This document shows, piece by piece, positions 20,522-31,682 of a stretch of 64,000 bases of DNA (its first letter is position 1; each line of letters starts with the position of its first letter). Source of the DNA: an uncultured Methanosarcinaceae archaeon (GTDB lineage Archaea > Halobacteriota > Methanosarcinia > Methanosarcinales > Methanosarcinaceae); assembly GCA_963727895.1 (NCBI GenBank), contig CAVSHT010000011.1, positions 128,001 through 192,000 on the forward strand, read 5' to 3'. The translations under genes and the position numbers were made by a program. The notes below the pieces were generated by a model that ran no database searches, was not told the DNA's origin, and saw only the letters and a program-made list of their open reading frames with translations.

Positions 20522-22537
20522 TTAAGGTGGGCTGATATTAAATGGATCAGGTAACACTGGACGTTCTTTATATTCATTATCGGGATTGATCTGAAGATAC
20601 CTGGTTAAATCAGTGTTAGGTCCCATCCATTCCATCATCTTAAGAAGCATTTTTATCCTCTCAACTTCATATAGCTGGTCTTTTTTTTCACCAATTTTTT
20701 CTAATATGTGCTTTTCAAAACTATTAATTAACTTAGTTTTAGATTCATAAGGCAGCTTGTGCACAGCTTCATACCATGAATCACCTTCAAACAACTTGTG
20801 ATATCTCTCGTCCCTTTTAGATTCATAAAGTTCAGGTTTCATCTTAATTGCACCCATCCCAAAGGGTTTTCCCATTCCTAGCGAATGGCGATATTCTTTA
20901 CCTTCTTCCCCAGGAAGTGTCAAAACCCACAATAAAGCGCCCAATTCAAAATCTCTTAAGTTTTCAAAATAGATGCGGAATGAAAAAGTAACTCCTGATT
21001 TTATCGGTTTAATTCTCGTATACTGTGTAGGCGACTTTTCAATATTTCTCATATCTAGTTCTTTTATATCTTCTAATTTAACTTCGCCTTTATGCCAATA
21101 CATCTTATGCCCACGAATTACAGTATCATATGGTGAAGGAGTGGCATAGTGAGCTAAATTTACCTTTTGATCAGGATCATGGGATTTATGTAGATCCTGA
21201 ACTAGATAATGTTGAAATGTTGTAGGCTTGGGGGATGCAAGGATTTTCGGAATAATCGTTTTCTGCTTTTCGATTAGCCATATGTCTTCAAATGGAGACT
21301 CAAGTTTTGCATCAGTGAAGAATACACGTCCTGCGCATGAAGTTTTGTGACTATTTTTTGATTCATAGCCAAAAATAGCTTCAGAAATGTCAATTTCATC
21401 TTTCTCTCTCAATTTTTCAGGAACAAAGTGAATTACCGATTCATCATAAGGCAATCGAAACATCATTGTTGGGCCCAAAAAAACAAGTTCTTCCTTGTCA
21501 TCCACAAGATAAAACAATGGATCTCCATCTTCACAGAGAGGACGGCTTGAAATTCCACGAGAGATACCCCGGTCATCTGAATAAAGTGACCATATGTGAT
21601 TAGGGATCAAAATTGGTTTTTCCTTAGTATCTGGCTCATAAATGGCACAATGCATGTGCTTTTCTGTTCTCCCACCCATATGCCCACTACGTACAATAAC
21701 AGCCTTTTCAAACCCATCTTCTTTTCCTTCAGAAATTTGTCTTATATCTGATTTGTTTTGAACAACAGCAAGATTTAATGCCAAATCACGACTTGATCTT
21801 TGTGGAATCGTTCTTTCTTTTGGAGGACGAATATAAACCTCAATTATATCTTTTGCAGTATAATCTTCCTTTGGATAATGTTTATCACATTTAACCGCTT
21901 GTGCTGCATTGTATTCAATATGAACAAATGTTTCCCCATATATTTCACGAGCTGGCTGTATAGACCAATGTGATCCCTCTTTTTTTAAATACCCTCCACG
22001 AACATTTGATGAAGGATATTCAAAAAAATACTTTTGATTCATATTATTTTGCTGATTATTACCTAACAACTTGTTCCGATAAGATGCGCCCAAACTGCTT
22101 GAATCACCAACAGCACGATAAACAAGTTTTTTGTCTGTTACCCATTGTATTTTTCCATAACTTGCAATCTCCACCAAAGATCTAATCATTCCTCGTAGAG
22201 TGCTACCTGGAATTACTGGAATATCTACATTATCTCTATAAAAAAACTGGGCACATTTGTATTTCTGATCTGGATTCAGTTCATGAAATTTTTTATCCCC
22301 ATGTTCACTAAAAAAAGAAGGAGTCATTGAGCAACGGACGTACAATGTGGATTCGGTTTTCATGGTGCATTCTATATAGCCGGTGTTATTAGTGTAAGTG
22401 TCTTGGTCCGGTACTTTATCGATAACAGTTACCAATTTATCTGGCAAGGGTATAAAGTTGTAAGGAGCATATGCCCAAAAAGACTTATTTCTTCTGTCAA
22501 AGCGTTTCCTTGTAGGATTTGAATGCTTTGGTAACAT
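20522..22537 (-). CDS. cas7: Type III-D large Cas7 with insertion (TIGR03986-like)
   Basis: APYNFIPLP, IPGSTLRGMIRS, RGHKMYWH, LGMGKPFGMG. Confidence 0.9.
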   Translation of the reverse strand: MLPKHSNPTRKRFDRRNKSFWAYAPYNFIPLPDKLVTVIDKVPDQDTYTNNTGYIECTMKTESTLYVRCSMTPSFFSEHGDKKFHELNPDQKYKCAQFFYRDNVDIPVIPGSTLRGMIRSLVEIASYGKIQWVTDKKLVYRAVGDSSSLGASYRNKLLGNNQQNNMNQKYFFEYPSSNVRGGYLKKEGSHWSIQPAREIYGETFVHIEYNAAQAVKCDKHYPKEDYTAKDIIEVYIRPPKERTIPQRSSRDLALNLAVVQNKSDIRQISEGKEDGFEKAVIVRSGHMGGRTEKHMHCAIYEPDTKEKPILIPNHIWSLYSDDRGISRGISSRPLCEDGDPLFYLVDDKEELVFLGPTMMFRLPYDESVIHFVPEKLREKDEIDISEAIFGYESKNSHKTSCAGRVFFTDAKLESPFEDIWLIEKQKTIIPKILASPKPTTFQHYLVQDLHKSHDPDQKVNLAHYATPSPYDTVIRGHKMYWHKGEVKLEDIKELDMRNIEKSPTQYTRIKPIKSGVTFSFRIYFENLRDFELGALLWVLTLPGEEGKEYRHSLGMGKPFGMGAIKMKPELYESKRDERYHKLFEGDSWYEAVHKLPYESKTKLINSFEKHILEKIGEKKDQLYEVERIKMLLKMMEWMGPNTDLTRYLQINPDNEYKERPVLPDPFNISPP

Positions 22538-23103
22538 TAAACCACCCCTTTTATAATATCCGCTCTAATAAATACCAGTCGACTGAATTTTATATATGCC
22601 TGGCCATCTTTGTCATAATCTAGATAGTGTCGTACCTTAAGTTTCAAGTCCCTGTTTGAATCAACCGGTGGAGCATGTCGTAATCCTTCAGATCCATGTT
22701 CCCACAGAAAAAAACCATTATTGCTATTTTCCTGTCTGGTACCCCATAAAAGCATAGTTTCATCAAAATATTCTATATCTTGTCCTTGATTATCAATCAC
22801 CAAGCGGGCTTGCCAGCTACAAGAATCAGTTCTCCAAATGAATAACTCACCATTAGTACCAAATAACCTTGCCATCTGAAGAGTTTTTGATCTCAATGAA
22901 GGTCCAAATAAGTTAGACGACAGGTGAATCCTATCATCTCTCAATTCACCCCATATTACTCCATCGTCAGCATGAACTAATAACCACTTGAGATCATAAG
23001 CTTTAGCCTGTTCCTCAAACCATACTGCTATATTGCCTCCAAAATCGGCTGGAACACTTAGCGGGAGGATTTTATACTTCAGATTCAGGACCTTTGGTTT
23101 CAT
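22537..23103 (-). CDS. csx19: Type III-D Csx19
   Basis: HADDGVIWG, ARLFG..GEL and LWGT motifs; position in operon. Confidence 0.85.
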   Translation of the reverse strand: MKPKVLNLKYKILPLSVPADFGGNIAVWFEEQAKAYDLKWLLVHADDGVIWGELRDDRIHLSSNLFGPSLRSKTLQMARLFGTNGELFIWRTDSCSWQARLVIDNQGQDIEYFDETMLLWGTRQENSNNGFFLWEHGSEGLRHAPPVDSNRDLKLKVRHYLDYDKDGQAYIKFSRLVFIRADIIKGVV

Positions 23104-24527
23104 GCTACAATACCTCCAATAAAATCACTTACATAATTTTCAAGCCTATCCCTGTCACCTACAATTTCTATCTTTCCGTTATTTTTTTTATTGATTTCCC
23201 ATACATGTTGTGTGTCAAAACTTTCTTTATATGTTATTTTTGCATTTAGTCCACGCAAACGTCCTCTTCCCACACTTGCTTCACCACCTAATGGTAAATC
23301 ACCGGTCCATAAATCTTTCAGCAGGAGTAGTAAGAGTCCTATTTGGGCACTTTCTGGTTTTTGGATCTGTACTTTAAATTTAACGTTTGTTCCCTTCTGC
23401 TCAAAAATTGGTTGTTCATTAAAAAGTGCTGTAGGGAGAGAGCTACCAGTGAAACGGTCAATCTTGATACGTTGTTGCACAAGGTTCAAGGGATTTGTGA
23501 TTTCGTTTTCAGTTGTTATTAGCTGACTTGCAGAAGCTTTATCTGAAGGAGATTTGATTTCTGGACCAAATAATCTGTTTATCATTTCGCTGGCTTTTTC
23601 TTCGCTCCCAATAGTTTTTGCAATACGAAATGCTCTTGCTCTTAATGAACCCGCCAAGCTGGTACCACTTAAAACAGGAATTGACTCTCCGTTTCGGTTT
23701 GAATGAAGATGAACCATATCTGGAGCATCGGCTTTATCATACCCTGACCTAATGATCATGGAACCATCAAGAGAAAAAGTGGCATTCATTGTGAAAAGGT
23801 GTCTTTTATCAATTAGGTTACTTTCATTAATGCCTAATAAAGTAAAAATGTTCTGACCACGCTTTTCCTCCTTCAGATCCTCATCCAGCCAATTAATTAG
23901 CCCTTTAGGAGTTGTTAAGTTGTAGCGGCAGACATTCCATTCTTTTATCTTACAGCTACCAAATCCTCTCCTCTTACGAAAACCTAAAGATATTTCTCCT
24001 TTTTCCAATCCTTTTAAAGCAATAGCCAGACCAAGAAGTAGTTTTTCTTTTCTTGTATCTTCTTTCGGGGTCAATAATTCCATTTCGATGGAGAAACAAG
24101 TACCTGCTTCAATCAGTTCAAAATCAAATTTGTGTTTATCTTCTGCTGTTCGAGTCTTGTTATCGATTTTTACTCCGTCTCTCAATTCTACCTTTGGTTT
24201 TTCACCCAATGAATCGTTAACAATAAGCAGACTTTGTTCACCTTCATCGTCTTCCTGGTTACCAAATAGATTCATATATAGTGATTTTTTGTCACCTTGT
24301 TGTCCGTAACCGTGTTCATATTCCCTCAAATAACTTCGCAAAGCACCAGCTAAAGACGCGCCAGTCAAAAGAGTCTTACCTTCTAATGGATCTAATGCTA
24401 ATGGGATATCCACCAGCTCATCGTGGTCACCTGCGCCAAAATATGTTGGTGTTTCCAAAACAAGGCTTCCAAGGATAGTGATTCTCTCTACAATCTCTCG
24501 ACTTTTCAACCAATGAGAATTATCCAT
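23100..24527 (-). CDS. cas7: Tandem Cas7-Cas7 (Csm3-group) RAMP
   Basis: Two RAMP repeats: GASLAGALRS/RRGFG and GTSLAGSLR/GGEASVGRG. Confidence 0.85.
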   Translation of the reverse strand: MDNSHWLKSREIVERITILGSLVLETPTYFGAGDHDELVDIPLALDPLEGKTLLTGASLAGALRSYLREYEHGYGQQGDKKSLYMNLFGNQEDDEGEQSLLIVNDSLGEKPKVELRDGVKIDNKTRTAEDKHKFDFELIEAGTCFSIEMELLTPKEDTRKEKLLLGLAIALKGLEKGEISLGFRKRRGFGSCKIKEWNVCRYNLTTPKGLINWLDEDLKEEKRGQNIFTLLGINESNLIDKRHLFTMNATFSLDGSMIIRSGYDKADAPDMVHLHSNRNGESIPVLSGTSLAGSLRARAFRIAKTIGSEEKASEMINRLFGPEIKSPSDKASASQLITTENEITNPLNLVQQRIKIDRFTGSSLPTALFNEQPIFEQKGTNVKFKVQIQKPESAQIGLLLLLLKDLWTGDLPLGGEASVGRGRLRGLNAKITYKESFDTQHVWEINKKNNGKIEIVGDRDRLENYVSDFIGGIVA

Positions 24528-26082
24528 TGTTTACCTCCTTGGATGCTTTGTGAAGAACTGCATCAATCAGACGAGCAGTGTATTCACGAGCCAGATTATC
24601 ATTTAAATCTGATTTTATATTTCCTAACGAGGGTAAGTTATTTTTATTAACTTGAAGTATATCCCAAACACTTTGTGGATTTGCTGCAAATTCCTTAATC
24701 CACTGTTCCAGTGATTTTCCTTCAATCTGGGCATTTTGAAACTGATCACTTGCAGTTTTTTTCATTTTATCCAGGTGACTTGTAACTATGGACAAATCAT
24801 CCTCACTCAAAGATCGACGAACTATCACGCGCATGCGGGACAGCTGAGATTTCTTTGGAATGGATTCTTTTGTTATTTCCAATTTGTTAACTGCCTTGAT
24901 TAAATCTCGATCCAGCTTTTCTTTAGTCATCCTGCTAACAATTCTTTTAGCCAAGCACAAGCTATCCGGATCTTTTATTTCGTAAGGTAAAGTAGATTCT
25001 TTAAACTCCCACTTTTCTGCTTTAATTCCATTTACTTGGTGCCAGTTGACAGCAATTCGTCCATAACCTTCTTCTCTTTTTTCTCCAATCCCAGTGATCT
25101 TGAGTGTTTCTAACCGATCAAGCAATTCTGAACTTTTTTCGTAAACAAATACGCTGCCTGCTCGAATAGCTAAAACCTGAGGAAGGGGAAGATTCCAGGT
25201 ATTATTGAAGCCTCCTCTTATCCGCGTGCTTACAAAGGCTTTTTTAAGAGACTTTGACTCCACACCTAAAACGGAATTGATGTTTGTGCTGTAAGCGCCA
25301 GTATTCTTGTCGCAGATAAGAGTATCACTTAAAAGAGTAACTACTATTGTGTTGTCTTCTTCATCGCCAACAGTAAAATATTCTTCCCAATTATCACAAA
25401 TGTTTATGTTATTGATCTTTACATGTCCGTAGCCTGCAAGATGTGATTTCCCTAAATTAAAGATCGCTCCGTCTGTTAATAAATCTTTAATCTTTTTAAA
25501 GCATAATTCATTCTCAGCTAATATAACACCGGAGAAATCTTGACCTGCTTCCAATGCTTGATAACGAAAAATTGTACTTTCTCCAGCAGTCTCTCTTTGT
25601 CTATTCGCACGAAAGATATGTATTTGGACTTGATTAGAAGGTTGATATAAAATGATTCCTTCTCCCTCATCGTTTTCAAACAAATAACAAAAAGGTTCAG
25701 AAACTTTTTTCCAATTTCTTTCAGGGTCATTCTCTCCGTTGTCTGAAAAATCCCCTGTCGCAAAGTCATATATTATGTTATCAGGATCACCTTTTTCTAC
25801 ATGCCATGAAAGAGGAGTAGGTAAAGACCGGCTATAATCTTTATTTGAAGGATATGCATTTAAGAAGCGTACAGCTCCATCAAAAAAAAGCTCTCTAAAT
25901 TCAGCGTCTTCCGCATCGATTGAGCTCTTCGGTTTTCCTTGGAGATACTTGCCTATCAATGCCCCTCTAATTACACTGCTAGGAATAAATTCAAATCCAA
26001 TCGCACTGTTTGGATCCCCTCCACTTATATCGTTTACCAATAAGGGTTCTAATAAATGTATATTGAAAGTCAATGCTTTCAT
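24520..26082 (-). CDS. csx10: Csx10 (Cas5 group) with C-terminal small-subunit-like helical region
   Basis: IPSSVIRGA, LGKSHLAGYG, AGSVFVY, GIGEKREEGYG; SQLSRMR helical tail. Confidence 0.8.
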   Translation of the reverse strand: MKALTFNIHLLEPLLVNDISGGDPNSAIGFEFIPSSVIRGALIGKYLQGKPKSSIDAEDAEFRELFFDGAVRFLNAYPSNKDYSRSLPTPLSWHVEKGDPDNIIYDFATGDFSDNGENDPERNWKKVSEPFCYLFENDEGEGIILYQPSNQVQIHIFRANRQRETAGESTIFRYQALEAGQDFSGVILAENELCFKKIKDLLTDGAIFNLGKSHLAGYGHVKINNINICDNWEEYFTVGDEEDNTIVVTLLSDTLICDKNTGAYSTNINSVLGVESKSLKKAFVSTRIRGGFNNTWNLPLPQVLAIRAGSVFVYEKSSELLDRLETLKITGIGEKREEGYGRIAVNWHQVNGIKAEKWEFKESTLPYEIKDPDSLCLAKRIVSRMTKEKLDRDLIKAVNKLEITKESIPKKSQLSRMRVIVRRSLSEDDLSIVTSHLDKMKKTASDQFQNAQIEGKSLEQWIKEFAANPQSVWDILQVNKNNLPSLGNIKSDLNDNLAREYTARLIDAVLHKASKEVNNG

Positions 26083-26768
26083 GGCATCACCTTTTCACAA
26101 AATACAGTAAAATAATTTTCAGTAACGTTTATTCCGTTTTCATCACAAAGAACAGCAACAAGTTTACCCCTCCCACGATTACGACCCGTACCAGCTCTCC
26201 TGAAAGCTTTTATGCAAGCTGCTAACAAAGGTAGATCCAAACCAGATGGATCTTTTGTAAACGATAATTTCGCCTCAAATGATGTTTCCCTAAGCACTAC
26301 CCTCATTGAACGTAGAGATCTTTTTTTAGGTGCTCCTGATTTTTCGTCAATCGAAGTTTGACGACGAATAGAAGTCAGAGAATTCAGTATATCTTCACTA
26401 CTTAATCTCATTGAGCTGCGAGATTTTTCAAGCTCGTATGCGACAGTTTTTCTCAAATCCGCTGGCAAAGTGGCATTACTTATGTGAAGTATAGCTTTAT
26501 CTGAATCACTGCTTCCGGGATTTCCAAAAAGGTGTTGGGAAGATTCATAGAATTCTTCTTGGAATTTCACGTCATGATTTTGTTCATTTAAGGAAAAAAG
26601 GATGTTTGCACACTCTTCTTCAAGCAAGCCTTTCAGAGTTCTCCCGTTCAAAAAAGGTAATCCACATTTGTCATGCATTACTTCTACATCGACCAGACCC
26701 GCTAAACCGTCTCCCCTACCAAAAGTTGAGTCACTTTTTATAGTAAATTTTAACCAGAATGTTTTCAT
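26079..26768 (-). CDS. csm3: Cas7 (Csm3-like) RAMP
   Basis: GLPFLNGRTLKGLL; GTGRNRGRG Gly loop. Confidence 0.85.
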   Translation of the reverse strand: MKTFWLKFTIKSDSTFGRGDGLAGLVDVEVMHDKCGLPFLNGRTLKGLLEEECANILFSLNEQNHDVKFQEEFYESSQHLFGNPGSSDSDKAILHISNATLPADLRKTVAYELEKSRSSMRLSSEDILNSLTSIRRQTSIDEKSGAPKKRSLRSMRVVLRETSFEAKLSFTKDPSGLDLPLLAACIKAFRRAGTGRNRGRGKLVAVLCDENGINVTENYFTVFCEKVMP

Positions 26769-28454
26769 TTTCTGCCCCCTTCAAGCTGAACAAAAAAATC
26801 GAGAGCTTCAATTGCATCAAAGCAAGTACAAGTATTATCAACCCAGCCTGTTTTGTCAGATTCTTCGTTGTTTTTTATTTTAGGGAGTGGCTGTTCTTTT
26901 GGAAGCGAGTCATTATATATTTTTATGAATTTTTCAACTTCATGGGGTCCATTACGTAAAACCTCTCTAAGGCGCATGATTTTGTTATGTTTACCCTCCC
27001 ATTCTTCACCCTTGAATTTTGAAATAATTTCTTCAAAAGTGTTCCAGGAGCACCAGTCTGTTCCTACGGATTCTCCAAGGCGTAATGGACGCATGTTTAA
27101 ATTGCCACATATTTCTGATGAGCCTTCTTTCCATTTGATTGTATATTCACGCTTTCTAATGTTCTCAATACTTTCAATTACTCCACTAGAAGCAAAGTGC
27201 CAATCTATGGCAGAAATTTTTCCTTCTTCAGAAGGAGATGCTTTTTCAATTCCTTTTATACGTGATTTCGCGGATTCTGCCAAGTTGTTTGCCAGTTTTA
27301 AAGCTTGGTAAAATGGATAATGAGTTTTTACAATAGCTATTCCAGCTCTAGCAGAGATCGGATGTCCATCGCTCAACTTCTTGTCCTTGGATGTCAATTG
27401 GCGTAACAGTAATTCAGAAAGAGTTAATCCCAATCGTCCGTCGCAAACAAAAGTTATATCATCGCCACCGAAGACAATTGGTCGGAAAGGTAATTTATTT
27501 TGGAATTCTACTAACCCCCCCAATTTTGCATATTCCTTCTTCGTCTTTTTGAGATTCAAGCAACCTAACTATGGCATTTCTGATTGCCTTACTACTTGCT
27601 TCTTCAATTGAATCCGAAAGAGCACGAATAGAATTTATGTATTCACGGTTGTCTTTCCAATGTCTTTTTGAATATTCTGAAATTCTTTTTCCCATTCCAT
27701 TTCCATCGATATGAACAACAGCAATGTAACTAGACTCATTTTTGGAACCGATTTCATTGAAATCATATACAAAATCTATACCACGATCTTTTTCATCCTT
27801 ATTTAGAAATTTGTTGCAAAGTCTGTCATTAGATGAACGGAAAAAATCCAATTTTGTAGATATCTCTCTCGAAACCCTAATTTCTGTTCCATCATCTTTT
27901 CTAGTCTCATCTTTTCTAGTCTCGGAAGCTGGAAGACCCGTATACTGACAAGAAGCATTCACCCCAATTCCAAGAAGAGGGGATGAGTGAATATAGTTGT
28001 ATTTTTTTTGTGTTATTTTTTTATGGAGAGTTTCCCTTACTGTTTTTTCAAGGGTATCTAGGTTATCTTTATCCCATATGAAGTTGTTATGAGCGATAAT
28101 TAACTGTAAGCCTGGTGCTTTTAAAAGAACTTTTTTAGTATATTCTCGTGTAAATTTTTTGGCAAGATCCTGGTTCTTGAATAAAATTACATTGTTTCCT
28201 CCCCCAGAATAAACAAGCTCGGAATCCAAATCATCTTTCTCAATCTTTTTATTGTTTAATGTTCTAGAGTTTAAATCCAGATTAGTTTTTTCTATATTAG
28301 TCGTTCCAATTTTTTTCAATTCCTCATAGACCATTTCATGGGTTACAAAATTAACCAGTCCAGAGGCCCCAACGTTCTGTTTCAGGTTGTTGCTTCCAAA
28401 AATATAATCTTGGATCCCAACAGTATCTATGACTGTGACTGTGAATTCTGTCAT
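26765..28454 (-). CDS. cas10: Cas10, HD-less, GGDD intact; frameshift near 27500-27560
   Basis: DTVGIQDYIF, YSGGGN, HIDGNGMG, FGGDD. Confidence 0.9.
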
Positions 28455-28470
28455 AAAAAACCTTCTTATA

Positions 28471-29676
28471 TCAAGATGTCAACCATTCCTTCAGATAAAT
28501 GGAAAGATTTTGGATCTGTTCCGCACCAAATACTCTAAACTTGTTTTCTAAATGCCACTCTTCCTTAATTTCTTTTTTAATTATTTCAGGGCTAGCGTCA
28601 GAACTTCTGTCTGATGCAAAACATACTACTCCTATTTTTGCTTCATCCCCACCTAACTGCTGACCGCGGACATAAGCTTCAAATAACTTTTGCTTTACAA
28701 TACTTTTTTTACTTGCAGTTGTACAAGAAACTACGAATAATTCATATCCTCTTAAAATAGCCACATCTAACTCAAATTTGTTATAGTTGAATTTTGCTCC
28801 TAAAACATGATCATGGATTTTACATTCCTCAGCTACCTCTTGAAACATTAATAGTGTATAGTCTTCCAACCAATTACCATCAAACCAACTAGCCAAATTC
28901 TCAACTTTTATTCCCCATTTTTTTGCTAGATCCTCTAAGGTGCTGCAATCTTCCCAAAAATTAGCCAAATTTTCAAATGGCGGATCAATAGGCAAAATTA
29001 CATTTTTCAGTTCAGGTTTGTTCAATATTTTACCCAAGTTTTCGGACCTTAATTTTTTGTCACACCATTTCCGAAATTCTGTAAACAGATCATTTGCCAA
29101 AACTTCACAAATTTCGGGTATAAATACTTCTCTTTTATTATCTATTTCGTATCCATGCAAAGAAAAAAGTTCTTCAATTGATGGTTTGACAGATAAGCTT
29201 ACAGGAATTCTTTTTGATGATGAATCCCTCGTATCTATTACTAATTCCAGGCTACGAGCATCGAGATAACTAAAAACAGAATCTTGATCTGCATCTAGAA
29301 CGGCCTTATATGCATTTACTGCCATAGCCTTTGTTCCACCAGTATAGTTTAGCCCAAGTTTTTGTTTCCCTTTTGAGTATTCAGTTATTTTTTTGTATAT
29401 ATCTCTGGAGTCTGATTCATTCACAAGAATTTTAGTCCACCTTTCTGAAGGAATATTAAGTACTGTGATAAGATCATTTGCGATTTTGTTTGTTTTAGAA
29501 GTATGGATAAAGATAATATGGGAAGATGGCTTTGCGAGTAAGTGATAAACAACATAATTTGGTAAAGGATTTGTACCGATCAGCAGAAACAGGTAGTCAC
29601 TTCTATACTCAGCAAATTTGTCAGACTCATTTTTTGTTGCAATTTTTTCACCCAAAGTTTGAATCCTCCTTTTCAA
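28471..29676 (-). CDS. CARF + PD-(D/E)xK nuclease effector (Card1/Can2, DUF1887-like)
   Basis: LLIGTNPLPNY, NYTGGTKAM, GNWLE, ELDVA...VVSCTT. Confidence 0.8.
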   Translation of the reverse strand: MKRRIQTLGEKIATKNESDKFAEYRSDYLFLLIGTNPLPNYVVYHLLAKPSSHIIFIHTSKTNKIANDLITVLNIPSERWTKILVNESDSRDIYKKITEYSKGKQKLGLNYTGGTKAMAVNAYKAVLDADQDSVFSYLDARSLELVIDTRDSSSKRIPVSLSVKPSIEELFSLHGYEIDNKREVFIPEICEVLANDLFTEFRKWCDKKLRSENLGKILNKPELKNVILPIDPPFENLANFWEDCSTLEDLAKKWGIKVENLASWFDGNWLEDYTLLMFQEVAEECKIHDHVLGAKFNYNKFELDVAILRGYELFVVSCTTASKKSIVKQKLFEAYVRGQQLGGDEAKIGVVCFASDRSSDASPEIIKKEIKEEWHLENKFRVFGAEQIQNLSIYLKEWLTS

Positions 29677-29686
29677 AGCTATGTAT

Positions 29687-30370
29687 TTAAATAATCAGAA
29701 TCGTATTTTCTTCACAGTTCCAAACCCCTTCGCAACCCCTTTCCCCATCTCCCATAAAATCCGGAATCAAAAAATTGGCTATAAAACCGCCTGTAAAAGA
29801 AGTAAAATCCATTTGTTTGTACTTTGAACATCTGAGTTCCACATCAACATCGCATTTTATGGTATCAGGAACAGTATATCCAAAAGCTTTTGACATGGAA
29901 AGCAGGTTTCCTATGAGCGTTTTCCTGAGGATTTCCTTTTTTTCTTCAGGGTTTCTGGTCTCAAAGAATTTCTCTTCGTTTTCTTTATTAAGGGCAAGCC
30001 AGGGAGTGAGAAATTCGTAAAAGTAGAGGTTTTTTGTAAGGCCAAAATCATGTTTTTTAAGCCTCAGAGACCTTTCAGTGATTTCAAAGTCCTCATAAGG
30101 AAGAGTAACCGTATCAAATTTATCAAATATATCTTTTAATATTTCTGCTCCTTCATTTATACCAACCACTAAAGGTATCCTATCAAGAACTTTGTATTGC
30201 ACCAGAGGGTACCGGTAATAAAACCTGTCAGTATTATGATTGTGGAGCTGGTCGTATTCATTGAATTTTGACGCAAAGAACCCACGGATCTGATTTGCAT
30301 CCCCTCTGAACTCTTCTGAGCCTTCAAAAGTCATTTCAAGAGTTTTGAGTTTAATATTTTCAGGAATCAT
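29687..30370 (-). CDS. cas6: Cas6 (Cas6b-like); Gly-rich loop shifted out of frame near 29750
   Basis: YRYPLVQYK, TPWLALN; alternate frame gives MGKGVAKGFGTV. Confidence 0.85.
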   Translation of the reverse strand: MIPENIKLKTLEMTFEGSEEFRGDANQIRGFFASKFNEYDQLHNHNTDRFYYRYPLVQYKVLDRIPLVVGINEGAEILKDIFDKFDTVTLPYEDFEITERSLRLKKHDFGLTKNLYFYEFLTPWLALNKENEEKFFETRNPEEKKEILRKTLIGNLLSMSKAFGYTVPDTIKCDVDVELRCSKYKQMDFTSFTGGFIANFLIPDFMGDGERGCEGVWNCEENTILII

Positions 30371-30491
30371 GAGAAATACAACAAATTTTTTAACAATAGT
30401 TTTTCTAATTTTGTCTAAATTGGTTTTAGCATAAATAACTTTTGATATTTATCGATAAATATTTCTCCAAAGATAAAAAATTTAAATATAT

Positions 30492-31682
30492 TTAAATGAA
30501 CGCTTTGATCTTTTTATTAAAACTTTGCTCAATTATTTCAAGCCCAGCCGCACAATCCGTATGTTTGTAATAGTTTACCCACGGGTCAACAACTTGGTAG
30601 ATATTTTTAATTACACTATTAATAGACTTAATTTTATTTATATCGTCGTTTCTTACTTTTTCTGTGCGTCTTATACTCTCTATGCTCTTTATTACATTTT
30701 CAATAGACCCTTCAGTGGGTACAACTTTTATGCCATTCCCTGTCCCGTTGTTCTGTTCAATTTCCTGAAAATAGAAGCCTACGAACTCAAAACCATTTGT
30801 GACAGTCCCAACATAGGTCTTTTCTTTGTTTAATTTGAGCCCCAGTACAGCCAGTACAGCCCTAACTCTGTTAGGATTGATCCATTCTTTTGAAAGGATC
30901 ACAAAATCATCTGAAAAACGCACAAGATGCTCAACTGAGTCCCCTTCAACATTCTTCAACCCTATTTCAGTCCACTGATTGTCAAACTGGTCAAGATAGA
31001 AGTTTAAAAGAAGAGGCGAGATAATTCCGCCCTGAAGCAATCCTTTTCCTGAATCTTTTCCGGAACTGTTTCCAACTGAACCTTTTTTAAGCCAGGACTT
31101 GATCAGAGAAAGTATCAATTTATCTTCGATTCTTATTTTAAGAGCCTTCATGAGCTTATCATGAGGAATGCTATCAAAACAGTCCTCAATATCCCCTTTC
31201 AAATAATGGATGCTCCCGGTTTCAAGCCATTTGTAAACTTCAAGGCTGGCGAGTTTTGCAGACCTGTAAGCACGGTAGCCATAGGAACAGTTTTCAAAAT
31301 CAGCTTCAAAAATCGGCTCAAGAATAAGTTTTACAGCTCCTTGGACAAGCCGGTCTTTTAAGGTAAGAATTCCGAGCTGCCTTGTTTCCCCATTCTTTTT
31401 TGGGACTTTGACTCTTTTTACTTCGCCAGCCTCGTACTTTTCACTTTTAAGCTCCTTCTTTACTGAGCGAATGAAGTTTTCAACCCCTGAAGTCTCTACC
31501 TGCTGGATAGTCAGAAAATCAAAACCAGTTCCTTTTGTATTTCGGTTCAGCTTCTTCCAGGCAGTGTAAAGGACTTCGTCTTTCAAAAGCAGCTTTTTAA
31601 GATTTTTAAACCGTTTTTTAGGATTGCTCTTAGCGTTATTGTACAGTTTCAGTTGAATTTTGGCTATTTTTTGCTTCTGGAT
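30492..31682 (-). CDS. CRISPR-associated group II intron-like reverse transcriptase
   Basis: RQLGILTLKDRLVQ, SYGYR, GDIEDCFDSI, LQGGIISPLL, RFSDDF; frame stays open upstream of 31586 to an ATC 7 nt after a GGAGGT RBS. Confidence 0.9.
   Translation of the reverse strand: MQKQKIAKIQLKLYNNAKSNPKKRFKNLKKLLLKDEVLYTAWKKLNRNTKGTGFDFLTIQQVETSGVENFIRSVKKELKSEKYEAGEVKRVKVPKKNGETRQLGILTLKDRLVQGAVKLILEPIFEADFENCSYGYRAYRSAKLASLEVYKWLETGSIHYLKGDIEDCFDSIPHDKLMKALKIRIEDKLILSLIKSWLKKGSVGNSSGKDSGKGLLQGGIISPLLLNFYLDQFDNQWTEIGLKNVEGDSVEHLVRFSDDFVILSKEWINPNRVRAVLAVLGLKLNKEKTYVGTVTNGFEFVGFYFQEIEQNNGTGNGIKVVPTEGSIENVIKSIESIRRTEKVRNDDINKIKSINSVIKNIYQVVDPWVNYYKHTDCAAGLEIIEQSFNKKIKAFI

Noticed and set aside
30492..31682. 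RT as group II intron, retron or DGR
   Set aside because: No intron RNA, msr/msd or TR/VR pair visible nearby. The ParB cassette variation is not adenine-specific, so it is not DGR-like. Context is CRISPR.
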